From Candidatus Heimdallarchaeota archaeon (GTDB lineage Archaea > Asgardarchaeota > Heimdallarchaeia > Hodarchaeales > Hodarchaeaceae), in NCBI GenBank assembly GCA_011364965.1, contig RDOB01000003.1:528939-592938 (forward strand): a DNA stretch of 64,000 nucleotides. Reading direction: 5' to 3'. Positions 23,690-34,639 of this stretch are shown in pieces. A program made the position numbers and the translations under genes. The notes under the pieces were generated by a model. The model worked only from the letters and a program-made list of their open reading frames with translations, had not been told where the DNA came from and made no database searches. Positions within the stretch are counted from its first letter, which is position 1. Each line of letters opens with the position of its first letter.

Positions 23690-24124
23690 ATGACACCTAA
23701 GGATAAAAAAATTATAGTACCAGACCTACCTAGTTTTACAGATAGAATAGATTGGTTGTTTAAGCAGGATAAAAATATAAATTTCGTTGTTTTAACCAAT
23801 ATACCGCTCAAATTTAAGGAAAAAGAGCTGCCAGTAGTAAGAGGACTTGTACGCTTCAGCGAAGTTCAAGGAGACGATGGTGGTATACATCCTATTTCGA
23901 TACCATGTGATTCGGTCGAAGAATTATTAATGTTTCTAAAAACCGAGAATAAAGATTTTAAATTGAAACCCGTAAAGGAAGTTCACTCCTCAGAGACACA
24001 AGAGGTTTTTGTTTCAGGCAGAGTTCAATTAAAATTATCTAATGCACATTATCAGGTTTTGTATGCAATCGATGAAGCAAGAGAAGAAGAACACAGAGCG
24101 ATGTTAAGGACCTTTAGAGGATAA
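23690..24124 (+). CDS. Hypothetical protein
   Basis: 144 aa ORF with GAGGAG upstream. Confidence 0.65.
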   Translation: MTPKDKKIIVPDLPSFTDRIDWLFKQDKNINFVVLTNIPLKFKEKELPVVRGLVRFSEVQGDDGGIHPISIPCDSVEELLMFLKTENKDFKLKPVKEVHSSETQEVFVSGRVQLKLSNAHYQVLYAIDEAREEEHRAMLRTFRG

Positions 24125-24423
24125 GAGGATAGGTAACTGGTCAAAAATGTGAGTTACTAAAATTCGATTAAAATTACACATGGGAAATACAGAGAAGCAT
24201 ATTGGAAAAAACTTCCATAACATATACTGTGTTCTATTTTAATTACCTAGCTAGGACTCTTTTTATAAAAATACGTAAAAATTATTGTTAACTGTTGGTT
24301 ATACGATATATACACAACTTAAAATTGTTACCAAAACTTCGTTTAATCGGAATAAATAGTTGGTTCGATTATGAAAAGCATATCTTAAGGTATATACCAA
24401 ATTCACTTCTATTTAGTATTTTT

Positions 24424-25174
24424 CTATTCAATGGTTAGTAATAAATCAACTAATTCGTTTGAACGATTGATATGATAATCACAGGACGACTCCTCACATT
24501 TAGAGTCATTTAAAACATGAACAGTTAAAAAACCCACTTTTTTAGCAAAAGATAGATGCATAGAAGAGTCATCAACTACAATTCCATCGCTCGGAGAAAT
24601 ATTCATATCGTTGATAATTTCTTGATAATATTTTTTGCTCCATTTCGCGGTATTAACGAGATCAGGATCGTACAAGTGAGTAAAACAGTCAATAACTCCC
24701 ATCCCAGTTAAATAACCTCGCAAAGTCCAAGAAGTCTCACCTGATGCAGTACATAGAGTGTATCCTCTACTCTTCAGCTCAAAAATTAGGTCAATAATTC
24801 CTAGATATACGGATTTAATACGAGGTGTTATCCATTTCTCTGCCTCTTGACATAACTGAAATCGCTCAGATTGAGGAGGTGGATTAATTTCAACCACCCT
24901 TGAACATATCAGTTAACCACCTATCCATCATAGTTCCTAAAAAAGGATTAAAATCAATCAACGGGTTCTCCCTTATTGATCGTTCATACTTCTCCATAAA
25001 TCTAGTTAATGCGTATCTATTGGCAGATTTCCATCCCTCAATTGACCCCCCGAACCTAGGGAGAAAATATTGCGCTATTAGTTCTTGCCATTGAGGTTCC
25101 CGTACCAAATTATTATTCATTACTCCTCCATCGTCTAAAAAAATAACCTTTACCATTGATTGGCTCACCCACAC
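24424..25174 (-). pseudogene. HAD-family hydrolase split by a single-base frameshift near 24897
   Basis: Motif I (FLDDGGV) in ORF 24890-25174; motifs II and IV (TASG, VVDD) in ORF 24424-24897. Removing one G from AAGGGTG fuses them. Confidence 0.8.
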
Positions 25175-25427
25175 ACATTTTTTTGTAGAGGAGTTTGGTA
25201 AATCGAATAAATCATCATTTTTATAATAATTTAAGTAAATTCTAATATTGGTAATCGAAAAAGCTAAAATTCCTATTATTCTTCATTTATTTTGTTTAAT
25301 GAAAGAAGTGACAATGTTATTGGAAAAGCCCAATAAATACACAATTTCTTAAAAAGGATGGAATCGTATTTTATAAAATTATTCTTTATCAGAAGCTAAT
25401 CCTTTTGAACAATGTTAGGTGAAATAA

Positions 25428-25694
25428 TTGATTATAGTTGAAGGTTTTCTAGACATAGGTTTCATTATTATTGGATTAAGCTTTGGTGTATTTCTAGGGA
25501 GTTTCGTAAAGCATTTTATTGACCTTAGGAATTTAATATACAGACTATTTGATGAATATAAACAAGATGAGCTATCAGAAAATTTAACTAAACTTGATAA
25601 GAGTCTTATGAGGAGCGCTTACAGAATCTTTTTCTCTGGTTTTTTCTTTATTATTGGATTACTTATAATTTTTCTCGAACTGGTAAATAATTAG
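25428..25694 (+). CDS. Small two-TM membrane protein
   Basis: Two hydrophobic segments; AGGTGA upstream. Confidence 0.6.
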   Translation: MIIVEGFLDIGFIIIGLSFGVFLGSFVKHFIDLRNLIYRLFDEYKQDELSENLTKLDKSLMRSAYRIFFSGFFFIIGLLIIFLELVNN

Positions 25695-25792
25695 TAGGAT
25701 AATGAAGAAATTGGATATATTTAGACCAGTGTGTTTATCCAATCACTAATTCGAAATTTAAATTTCTTGTGCCAAGTAAAATCCCACCAATC

Positions 25793-26620
25793 TTATTTTT
25801 CAAACTTTCCATGAATAAAATATTCTAATTTCTTCACTGTTGGAATTACCCATACCAATTTCATCCACCCTCTTTTCGCGTCTGGATCGTCTGAAAGATA
25901 CCATTCTGATAATACCTTAAAATTGATCCCCCATTCCTCTATCAGCGTTCCAGAATTTAGTGCGCTCTTTATTTTCACATTCTCATCTTTAAACATTATT
26001 TTTCTCTCAGCCATTTTTTTGGCTCTCTCGCTAAACACGTCAAAAAATATTTCTGCATGCGGAAAAACCTGTCCTATATTTTTTAATAATTCCTGCATCT
26101 CTGGTCTCTCTAAATATACCATAACTCCTTCTGCAATGAAAAAAACAGGTGCCTGATTTTCTGTACTGAGACGCAGAATTTCTTTAATCCAAGAATAATC
26201 CAAAATTGATTGTCCAATCAATACATTCCGCGTTGATGTTGGAATGATTAACTTTCTGAATTCCAATACTTCGGGAAAATCCAAATCGACAAAGTAACAT
26301 TGATTATTATCGATTCGCCCAAAACGGTAATCTATTCCGGATCCTAAACTCACAATTATTCCATTGGGATGTTGTTCTAAAAATTGCCTACACATTTCGT
26401 CAAACTTTCTCACCCGTATTCCCATTAATATCGGATCAAAGCTTCGTACTGTTTTTTTTACGATGTTCCAATCAAAATCAATCTGGTTATATAGATCATA
26501 AGAGAATTTATCTTTTAATATTGAATTTTTTGCTCGATAATCAAGTGCTTTGCAATACAGTGGCACTAACGCCGTTTTTGAAACTGCGGGGAATTCCGAG
26601 ATTTGAATTTTTCGTTCCAT
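25793..26620 (-). CDS. SAM-dependent methyltransferase (TcmP / leucine carboxyl methyltransferase-like)
   Basis: TALVPLY, LGSGIDYR, DLDFPEV, IAEGVMVYL. Confidence 0.9.
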   Translation of the reverse strand: MERKIQISEFPAVSKTALVPLYCKALDYRAKNSILKDKFSYDLYNQIDFDWNIVKKTVRSFDPILMGIRVRKFDEMCRQFLEQHPNGIIVSLGSGIDYRFGRIDNNQCYFVDLDFPEVLEFRKLIIPTSTRNVLIGQSILDYSWIKEILRLSTENQAPVFFIAEGVMVYLERPEMQELLKNIGQVFPHAEIFFDVFSERAKKMAERKIMFKDENVKIKSALNSGTLIEEWGINFKVLSEWYLSDDPDAKRGWMKLVWVIPTVKKLEYFIHGKFEK

Positions 26621-26801
26621 AAATGCAGAGGAGTTGACTCGTCTTATAAGGTTTTTTTATATATACACTAAATGTTGATATTACACACGAACCTCCTAAT
26701 ATTTTGAAGACATTGCCAAAAATTATTTTCTAAATTTCTATTGGGAAGCTTCCCTGGATCACTACAGAAACTTGTGAACGTTAATACTCATTATGTCCTA
26801 G

Positions 26802-27380
26802 TTAAAAATTACTTAACTTAATAGTATTCCATGCCATTTCACAGGCTTGAGTAATATAATTCTCATCCATGTTAATCACCCCATTAAAGTGATAGTTTAA
26901 CAAAGTGATGATGGGAACAAAAGCAAAGGAAGTTAGAAGGGGAAGAGGGAGATCCTTGATATGATGTTCTTCTATACCTCGTTGAAATAGGTTATTGATA
27001 TAATTATACAATTCAAAATCTTCAGGTTTGATATTTTCCATCATTGAGGTCTGTTCAAATTTCTCACGGTAAATGAGATAATCAAGGTGGTTAAGATTAT
27101 ATGAAAAGGCATTAATCCAGATAGATTTGAATATATGTTCAATGTCCATTTCTTCACGAATGCCTTCTAATGCGCCTCTACTCATATCTGTTCTGATTTT
27201 TGTGTATAACTTGGTGAAAAGGTCTTCCTTGTTTTTGAAATGGATATAAATTGTAGCTGGAGAGATATTAGCTTGTTTAGCTATCTTAGAGATTGAAATA
27301 CCTGTAAATCCTAGCTCTTTCACCAATTCAAGTGAAGTATTGATAATAGCATTGTATTTGGTTTGATCCTTGGGCCTCAT
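26802..27380 (-). CDS. TetR-family regulator
   Basis: GFTGISISKIAKQANISPATIYIHFKNKEDL; likely start MRPKD at 27380 after AGGAG. Confidence 0.93.
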   Translation of the reverse strand: MRPKDQTKYNAIINTSLELVKELGFTGISISKIAKQANISPATIYIHFKNKEDLFTKLYTKIRTDMSRGALEGIREEMDIEHIFKSIWINAFSYNLNHLDYLIYREKFEQTSMMENIKPEDFELYNYINNLFQRGIEEHHIKDLPLPLLTSFAFVPIITLLNYHFNGVINMDENYITQACEMAWNTIKLSNF

Positions 27381-27443
27381 TTGATGCAAAAAACTCCTTG
27401 AAGTTGAATTCACGATGATTAATCCACAATAGAAACATATATA

Positions 27444-27503
27444 AGTGAACGTTCATTCACTTAAAAATGAATCTATTTAGTGAATGAATGTTCATTCACT
27501 TAA
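27444..27503. promoter_or_regulatory. Two TetR operator sites between divergent genes
   Basis: Perfect palindrome AGTGAATGAA-tg-TTCATTCACT at 27479-27500; related TGAACGTTCATTCACTTAA at 27446-27464. Confidence 0.8.
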
Positions 27504-27516
27504 GATGGTGAGAAAA

Positions 27517-28125
27517 ATGAACTGGAATAAATCTGAAAAAATCAATAATGAGAATTTAAACGACGTAAGAAAACGATTAATGAAACGTATGATACAAATC
27601 AGCCTACCAATAATATTGATCACAGCTACTCTCGTGATACTCGTATTGGAACTATCAGGATATCCTGGTACATTGGATGACACTCAGCTAGGATTTAGTG
27701 CTGAAATAATTAGAACACATTTTGCCATGATGACTTCTGAAGGTATGACACTCTTCATTCTAGGAAATCTCTTAGATTATGTATTCATAATCTCTTATGG
27801 TTGTTTTTTCTATAGTAGTGCCAGATATCTTTCGTGGAACTATCAAAAGGGAAGTATATCTCAAAAAATGGGCAAGTTGATCGCCTGGATTGGAGTTTTA
27901 AGTGCCCTCAGTGATAGTATAGAAAATATATTCCTCCTTTCGATGACTGCTAATCCAGTAGGATTTCCAAACTGGTTGGCTATAGCACATTCGACATTTG
28001 CACTTCTCAAATTCATTCTTATGTATCTAACTATAGGTGGATTAGTCTTCTCCTTAGTGTTAAACAAAATTCCTTTGACCTCTAAGCGAATAAATAATAA
28101 AATTCCGACTGATTTCGTAAAATAA
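27517..28125 (+). CDS. Membrane protein (about 4 TM)
   Basis: LDYVFIISYG and DSIEN motifs; ATG 27517 follows GGTGAG. Confidence 0.75.
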   Translation: MNWNKSEKINNENLNDVRKRLMKRMIQISLPIILITATLVILVLELSGYPGTLDDTQLGFSAEIIRTHFAMMTSEGMTLFILGNLLDYVFIISYGCFFYSSARYLSWNYQKGSISQKMGKLIAWIGVLSALSDSIENIFLLSMTANPVGFPNWLAIAHSTFALLKFILMYLTIGGLVFSLVLNKIPLTSKRINNKIPTDFVK

Positions 28126-28141
28126 GCAGTATTGGGTAAGA

Positions 28142-28834
28142 ATGATGAATGAAACTACTATAGGTTCGATTAAAACCATTACATTTCGAGGGGTTAATTG
28201 TTACCTTATAAAAACCAATGAGGATTATATCTTAGTCGATAGTGGGTATTCTAATCAGCGTATTAATATTGAAAATGCCCTAGAAAGCGCTGATGTTCAA
28301 CTCGGGAACCTCAAGTTAATCTTGTTGACTCACGGGGATTTTGACCATTCAGGTAATTGTGCATATCTCCGAGAGAAATATCAAAGTAAAATAGCTATGA
28401 ATAAAGATGATTTAGGAATGGTTGAACAAGGGGATCTGTTCTATTCCAGAGAAAGTCGGAATATAATCATTAGAGCACTTGTTAAAATCATGCTGCCATT
28501 ATTAAGGATGAGTTTGAAGAAAAATGATCGATTTACCCCAGATATTTATCTCGAGGAAGGGGATGATCTTTCTGAATATGGATTTAACGCAAAAGTTGTT
28601 CATCTCCCTGGACACTCCAAGGGGTCTATTGGATTTCATACAGCAGAGGGAAATCTCTTCATTGGCGACATACTCGAAAACAATGAAAAACAAGGACCAG
28701 CAAGGGGCTCTCTGATCGATAATTCCGTAGATTTTGATGCAAGTATCGCTAAACTGAGAACAATATCATTAAAAATTGTATATCCTGGACATGGCAATCC
28801 ATTCCCGATGGAAAACTACCTAAAAAACTACTGA
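28142..28834 (+). CDS. MBL-fold metallohydrolase
   Basis: THGDFDH, PGHSKGS, GD, PGHG. Confidence 0.92.
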   Translation: MMNETTIGSIKTITFRGVNCYLIKTNEDYILVDSGYSNQRINIENALESADVQLGNLKLILLTHGDFDHSGNCAYLREKYQSKIAMNKDDLGMVEQGDLFYSRESRNIIIRALVKIMLPLLRMSLKKNDRFTPDIYLEEGDDLSEYGFNAKVVHLPGHSKGSIGFHTAEGNLFIGDILENNEKQGPARGSLIDNSVDFDASIAKLRTISLKIVYPGHGNPFPMENYLKNY

Positions 28835-29111
28835 TAATGTGAAAAATTTGGAAAAAAAGGAGAAATAGGGGAATCTTTGGATCCTGCTGTTTCTTCCAAG
28901 CTCATCTACAGACATTTAGGATATAAAGGGATCCATCTTAGAAATAAATGTAGAGAGATTGGAAAGACGATTGCTACTCAACTTGAATAGACCCAATAAA
29001 AAATACGTGTATTAGGAGAAGTATTATACATTGGCCGTTGAAGAAAGTTCTGTAATCCTACAAGTTATAAAGAGGATTATATGTACTCTGCATGATTAGA
29101 ATACAAATGAA

Positions 29112-30431
29112 GTGATGAAGCTGGCTAATGGCGCTGTAATGGTATTACTATTACCTTCTGTTTTCATTTCTTTTATCCTAATAATCATATTGATCTATTA
29201 TAGTACAGCAAAAGAAAAGGAGTTTACAGAATCAGCAAAACTGCTAATCGAAAATCATTTCCCTCAATTAAGTACAACCATAATTTCAGAGGGGGGATTT
29301 TTCTCAAATCCTGAAATCCAAGCTTCCCCAAGTAATACGACTCATCCTATACGTGACCTAGACCTAAAATACAAGGTTTATGGGAGTGGAAAACACCAAC
29401 ACCAGGATCTACTTCTTTCAGCGGTCATTTCAGCTGAAAAAAGCGTAAATAACGAATTCTCAGCTATTATTAAGAAAGAGGGAGTCATAGGCCGAATTTT
29501 TGGCGGGGAGAATGTACAACTAGGACATCAAATTTTAGATGATCGGTTACTTATCCGGGGTTCTAATCCAGGTTTAGTTCAGTCATATTTAATTAAAGAT
29601 AATTTCCAGATCGCATCGAAAATTGCTAATATTTCTGATTTGAAAGAGTGTAAATTGGAACATTGTCAAGACACTATTAATGTTGTTATTCGATCAGACC
29701 ACACTGATATTCGATATGTAAGCGCACTTCTAAACCTTATTTCTGCTATCGCAAATATAGATGCATTATACCCTAAATCCCAAGAAAAGCGTGTCTTTGG
29801 AACAATAACTCGAAAAGCGACTGCAAAAATCCCGCATAGAAGGCAACGATTCAAGAATGTTCCAGCAAGCGACTCGTATGAAGGGTTATTAAATGCACCT
29901 TCACCAATTTCCATGAAAGAGAATAATCAATCCAATGCGATATCAGCTGACGGTCTATTTGAGCAAATCAAAGAAAGCCTCTTTGATATAAGCTATATTG
30001 CATCTAAGCATAAAATCTCAGATACCTCAGCAGAACTTATTTTCAATATCGGATTTTTTCAGAAGATAAATTTTACATGGGATACGCAAACAATTCAGGT
30101 ATCAGGAACCAAGAAAGAATCATTGATCCCTTTCTGGATTGAAATGACAGTCCAGTCAATAAAAAAGGAAGAAATGAGGTTTTATGATCCCTTTGAGGAT
30201 ATTGAAGTAAGAACAGACCCCAAAGAATTAGCAGATACGGTTAAAAAAAGGTTTGAGCTAGCTCAAATTCTGAATAAAATGACGGGGGATTTTCCCACAA
30301 CTATAGAAATTACTTCTGATCAACATACCATTAGGTTTTCAATAATGGCTCCTACTCATCCAGATAATATTGATCCCCTTTGTGAGTTGAGTCAGAGCAT
30401 TGGTTGGTTTCTTGAATTCTCTTTTCTCTAA
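29112..30431 (+). CDS. N-terminally anchored hypothetical protein
   Basis: Single N-terminal TM helix, 439 aa, 26 nt upstream of the peptidase. Confidence 0.7.
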   Translation: MMKLANGAVMVLLLPSVFISFILIIILIYYSTAKEKEFTESAKLLIENHFPQLSTTIISEGGFFSNPEIQASPSNTTHPIRDLDLKYKVYGSGKHQHQDLLLSAVISAEKSVNNEFSAIIKKEGVIGRIFGGENVQLGHQILDDRLLIRGSNPGLVQSYLIKDNFQIASKIANISDLKECKLEHCQDTINVVIRSDHTDIRYVSALLNLISAIANIDALYPKSQEKRVFGTITRKATAKIPHRRQRFKNVPASDSYEGLLNAPSPISMKENNQSNAISADGLFEQIKESLFDISYIASKHKISDTSAELIFNIGFFQKINFTWDTQTIQVSGTKKESLIPFWIEMTVQSIKKEEMRFYDPFEDIEVRTDPKELADTVKKRFELAQILNKMTGDFPTTIEITSDQHTIRFSIMAPTHPDNIDPLCELSQSIGWFLEFSFL

Positions 30432-30457
30432 TGGAGGATAAGATTATTTCCTAGAGG

Positions 30458-31648
30458 ATGATCCAACTAGGGACAACGAACTTTCAAGAAATAACAGTTA
30501 AAAAAGAAACATCCAATAATACCAATATTATGGTAAATCTACGAGACTTAGGTTGGTCATGTGGCAGGTATGTACCAGGTGAAGCTAATGCTATAACTGA
30601 TGTCCCCGGGGTTTCTGTTGGTCATAAAACTCTCATTAAAGGAAATGGCGAACTAGTTCCTGGAAAAGGACCTATTCGTACAGGTGTAACCATGATTCTT
30701 CCTCATGGCAGAAACATTTTCAGAGAAAAAGTACCTGCAGGGATTTTTGTTGCTAATGGTTTTGGAAAAACCACTGGTATTGCCCAAATCCTGGAAACAA
30801 GATATCTCGAAACTCCAATAGCCTTGACTAACACATTAAATGTAGGCTTGGTTTTTGATGCTTTAGTTAGCTATGCGATAAGAAATAGTCCAGAAATTGG
30901 AATAAAAACAGGATCAGTAAATCCCGTTGTTACAGAGTGCTTTGATGGGTATTTAAATGATATTCAAGGCCGACATGTAAAAGAAGCGCACGTTGTAGAG
31001 GCAATAACCCAAGCTAAACCCGGTAGAGTACCACAGGGAAATGTAGGGGCAGGAACAGGTATGCAAGTTTTCGGATTAAAGAGTGGGATAGGTACTGCTT
31101 CGAGGATAGTACTAGGGGAAAAAATTGACAATGATAAGCCCTATTATATAGGTGCACTTGTATTACCGAATTTTGGCGAATTTAAAGATTTTAACTTCTA
31201 TGGAATCGAAATGGCATCAATTCTTGATCGTGAAAAGTATTTCCCTAAGATGGACGATAAGTGGCTAAACACAGCGGGAGGTGGATCAATCATTGTTGTA
31301 ATTGCCACAAATTTGCCTCTCAATGGACATCAGCTAAGTCGATTAGCTTACAGGGGAGCATTTGGCGTTGCAAGAACTGGATCAATATTAAGTCATACAA
31401 GTGGAGATTTTGTGATAGCATTCTCAACACAAAATACCCTAGTTCACGGTACCAAAGACCCTCTCCTCAAAGAAATATTAATTAATGATACCAGCCCATT
31501 AGTTTCAGATATCTTCAGAGCTACGATTGATTCAGTTCAAGAAGCAATTTATAATGCTATTTTAGCTGCTGAAACCTTAGTAGGACGAGATAATCACATT
31601 CGCGTTTCTTTAGACCTCGAGGATCTTCCTAAATCGCCAGAGAGTTAA
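30458..31648 (+). CDS. dmpA: DmpA-like aminopeptidase (S58/P1 family)
   Basis: NAITDVPGVSVGH, NGFGK, ECFDGYLND, GNVGAGTGM, GG|SII autocleavage site. Confidence 0.92.
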   Translation: MIQLGTTNFQEITVKKETSNNTNIMVNLRDLGWSCGRYVPGEANAITDVPGVSVGHKTLIKGNGELVPGKGPIRTGVTMILPHGRNIFREKVPAGIFVANGFGKTTGIAQILETRYLETPIALTNTLNVGLVFDALVSYAIRNSPEIGIKTGSVNPVVTECFDGYLNDIQGRHVKEAHVVEAITQAKPGRVPQGNVGAGTGMQVFGLKSGIGTASRIVLGEKIDNDKPYYIGALVLPNFGEFKDFNFYGIEMASILDREKYFPKMDDKWLNTAGGGSIIVVIATNLPLNGHQLSRLAYRGAFGVARTGSILSHTSGDFVIAFSTQNTLVHGTKDPLLKEILINDTSPLVSDIFRATIDSVQEAIYNAILAAETLVGRDNHIRVSLDLEDLPKSPES

Positions 31649-31665
31649 ATATAAGAATCTTTCTA

Positions 31666-31749
31666 AGTTTTCTATAACGGTTAATGCTGCACCGAAAGTT
31701 CTAAGTACAAGAACTATTGTACCAACAATACATCCTAATAGAAGAACTG
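31666..31749 (-). pseudogene. Orphan copy of the anchor-coding 3' end of the 13190 gene
   Basis: About 80% nt match by eye to 13194-13278; reads VLLLGCIVGTIVLVLRTFGAAL/RYRKL. Confidence 0.75.
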
Positions 31750-32275
31750 ATTCTTTCAGGTGGCCGCTTTAAATTCTTTATATAAGAAGGGGGCCTTTCA
31801 GTATCCCATAACTTTCATGAATCTTTTGGTAGGTATGATTGCATTCTGCTGGAAATCATTCAGATTCTTCAGAAGAAGGTGGGAACCTGACCCTCCAAGA
31901 ACATGATACCTCTCTAAAGTTAAGATTTGGCCAATATATACGATGAAATTATTCATAACTGCTGTAACATCCAGAGAAATGTCAGAACTGGTGTTTCTTT
32001 CATTTAAATATGTAAAATATCAAAATTGAACTTGTTTAATAACGATCAGAGTCGATATTCCCACTTGAGTTTAACTATCCTTGAATTAAGCTGCAAGTTT
32101 TTCAGAACTTTATCTCTATTTTCATAATATTCAGGAGAAACTAAACTAATCATCCGCTTCAAGCATTATAATAATTTCAGAAATATTACGTCGCTCAAAT
32201 AAAGGAAAAGTTATAAGAGACCTAATTTCTTCAAACTTTTCGCTTCAATAAGAAAAATCCAGAAAGTGAAATATT

Positions 32276-33820
32276 ATGGAAAAAAGAACAGCTATTCTGA
32301 TGTTTGTACTTTTCTTTTCTTTACTAAGCTTTGAATTAATCCTTTCGAATGACCACTCTTTTACTGGTATTAATGATAAATCAATAAAAAAATCGTTAAC
32401 AGAGAGTTTTTTGATGGATGGTGTGATGCAGTTTAATGTAACTGGGTATACTGATGTAAACGTAAACGGAATTAAATCTGATTCTCAAGGAAACCTTATT
32501 ATTGGGGCAAGTTTGTATAATGGATCTTACTATGATATTGGAGTTATTCGCTTTCAAGCTGATGGGTCGCCAGACTTAACATTTGGTGGGGGAGATGGAG
32601 TTTATATCTACCCTGATCAAGGGTACAATGAATATGTAGGTAGTTTTGATGTTGATTCGGAAGGAAATATCTTTATTGGAGGGCACTACTATAGTACAAC
32701 AAGTACCGATGATCGACATTCACTTTTACTTAAGATTAATAGTTCTGGAATGCTTGAGGAAGCTATTGAACCATTAGGTTATAACTTTCCACTAATAGGA
32801 TCTGGATGCACAGTTTCTGATAATGGGAATGTCTATTTTGCTAGTTGGGGACGCCAAACGCGGAGTATTTACGATCCCCGGGTTCACTGCTTCCAGGCCG
32901 ATACTCTTGAACTTAACACCACATTCAATAGTGATGGAATAGCAGATTGGACTGGAACTTGGGCTTGGACTACATATTCTTATGGCCCATTTTTGGATAG
33001 TGATGGAAATCTGTATATATGGGGATATGATTATCAAGGGAATAATGATGACTCCTCGGCATTTATTCTTCGCTATTTAGAAGATGGATCCCTTGATACA
33101 ACATTCGGTGGTGAAGGAGATGATGTTAGTCCAGGAGTTTGGGAATATCCAGCTACTAAGTTCGATATAGCAGGTAGCCAATCAACAAGAGCATATAACT
33201 TATATGCTGATACCATTCATAACTATATCTATGTTCGTGTCCGTAATTATACAGGGAACATCTTTACGATGCGATTATATTATAATGGTGTAATTGATTC
33301 CAGTTTTGCAAATAATGGGGTTTGGGATCCAGTAATCAATGGTGTTGATGGAACAGAAATAGTCAAAGGCATTGATACAGATGGTAATATTATATTTACG
33401 GGAAATATTGGTAATAACGCGACTCTTCTTAAGTTGGACGAATCTGGTGATGCTTTAAGTGAATTTGGGAATAACGGTATCTTTTGGTATAATTCTAGTG
33501 AAGGATCTTCGTTTGGGGATATTCTGCTTCTTCCTGATAATTCAATGATTGTAGTGGGCAAAATTGGGACTAATGGAGTAATATTACATATTGATTCATT
33601 AGGAAACTTAGTAGTGGAAGAAGAAACTACAGACACCACATCTTCCACTTCTGAAACTACTAGTATGACCGATACTACTGAAACTACTAGTATGACTTCC
33701 ACAGGAAGTACTACTGAACCAACAACTCCAAAAACTGAGTCGTCAACTTCTTTCGAATTTTCATTAAGCTTTATCTTCGCTATTATCCTGCTATATAGTT
33801 TTAGACAGAAACGACGATGA
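32276..33820 (+). CDS. Beta-propeller (delta-60-like repeat) surface protein with Ser/Thr stalk and C-terminal anchor
   Basis: Repeated DGSxDxTFG..G units, Thr/Ser-rich linker, TM helix and RQKRR tail. Confidence 0.85.
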   Translation: MEKRTAILMFVLFFSLLSFELILSNDHSFTGINDKSIKKSLTESFLMDGVMQFNVTGYTDVNVNGIKSDSQGNLIIGASLYNGSYYDIGVIRFQADGSPDLTFGGGDGVYIYPDQGYNEYVGSFDVDSEGNIFIGGHYYSTTSTDDRHSLLLKINSSGMLEEAIEPLGYNFPLIGSGCTVSDNGNVYFASWGRQTRSIYDPRVHCFQADTLELNTTFNSDGIADWTGTWAWTTYSYGPFLDSDGNLYIWGYDYQGNNDDSSAFILRYLEDGSLDTTFGGEGDDVSPGVWEYPATKFDIAGSQSTRAYNLYADTIHNYIYVRVRNYTGNIFTMRLYYNGVIDSSFANNGVWDPVINGVDGTEIVKGIDTDGNIIFTGNIGNNATLLKLDESGDALSEFGNNGIFWYNSSEGSSFGDILLLPDNSMIVVGKIGTNGVILHIDSLGNLVVEEETTDTTSSTSETTSMTDTTETTSMTSTGSTTEPTTPKTESSTSFEFSLSFIFAIILLYSFRQKRR

Positions 33821-33838
33821 AGGTTATTCTCCTTCCTC

Positions 33839-33850
33839 TTTTTTTTTATT
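33839..33850 (+). terminator. Oligo-T archaeal terminator
   Basis: T-run about 20 nt after the stop codon. Confidence 0.5.
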
Positions 33851-34262
33851 CTTCTATAAAAAAACTAGGTTTAGTTAATGCTGAAGGTAATCAAGAGGTC
33901 TTGAAATCTCAAACCAGGACTCTAGAACTTGGAAAAATCCCTCTATTTGGTGTAAAGTTCCTGCAAATTGCCAGGGAAAGATTACATGATTCGTGAGATT
34001 TCTAATTTGTTATCAAAAAGGGAACTGAAGATTTTATAAATATTATGGGGTATACAACTCAGGAGGTGTTTAAGATTGGTTGATCAATTGAAATATTATT
34101 TAAATATAGGAAACGCTGGGATGCTTGAGGTTTTGGAGAGCGGTGAGGAAAGATACATACAGATAACCAAATCTTAAATTAAATTAATGAAATCCTATAA
34201 CCATGAAGCAAAAGGAGCTCTTATCGATATATGGACGATGATTTGACGGAGGATGTTGAATA

Positions 34263-34448
34263 GTGAAATGTACTTTGTGCAATGAACAAATTAAAAATTA
34301 TACCCCAGAATTTAATCAATTGGAGATTAATGAGTCATATAGTGTTTATATCTGTCAATCATGTGTCGAAAAATTTGTGAAATGGCAACAAAGAAAGTTT
34401 GCGAAATTATTTCCTACAAAACGTGCGAAAAAGCTGTTAAAAGTATAA
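34263..34448 (+). CDS. Small zinc-finger protein
   Basis: CTLC...CQSC with basic tail. Confidence 0.7.
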   Translation: MKCTLCNEQIKNYTPEFNQLEINESYSVYICQSCVEKFVKWQQRKFAKLFPTKRAKKLLKV

Positions 34449-34639
34449 AACAATCCAATTTTTATTAATTATACAAATCTACCAATCGCAGAAGGAACAG
34501 CAATACACAAACGAAGTGGGAGAGCGAAAGAAAATAAATTAGGCGGTGATTATCAAATTAAATGAAAATACCTATATAATAAGATATGGTTCAAATAAAT
34601 ACAAATCAAACAACCAGCAAAAAATGAAGTGAATAATGA

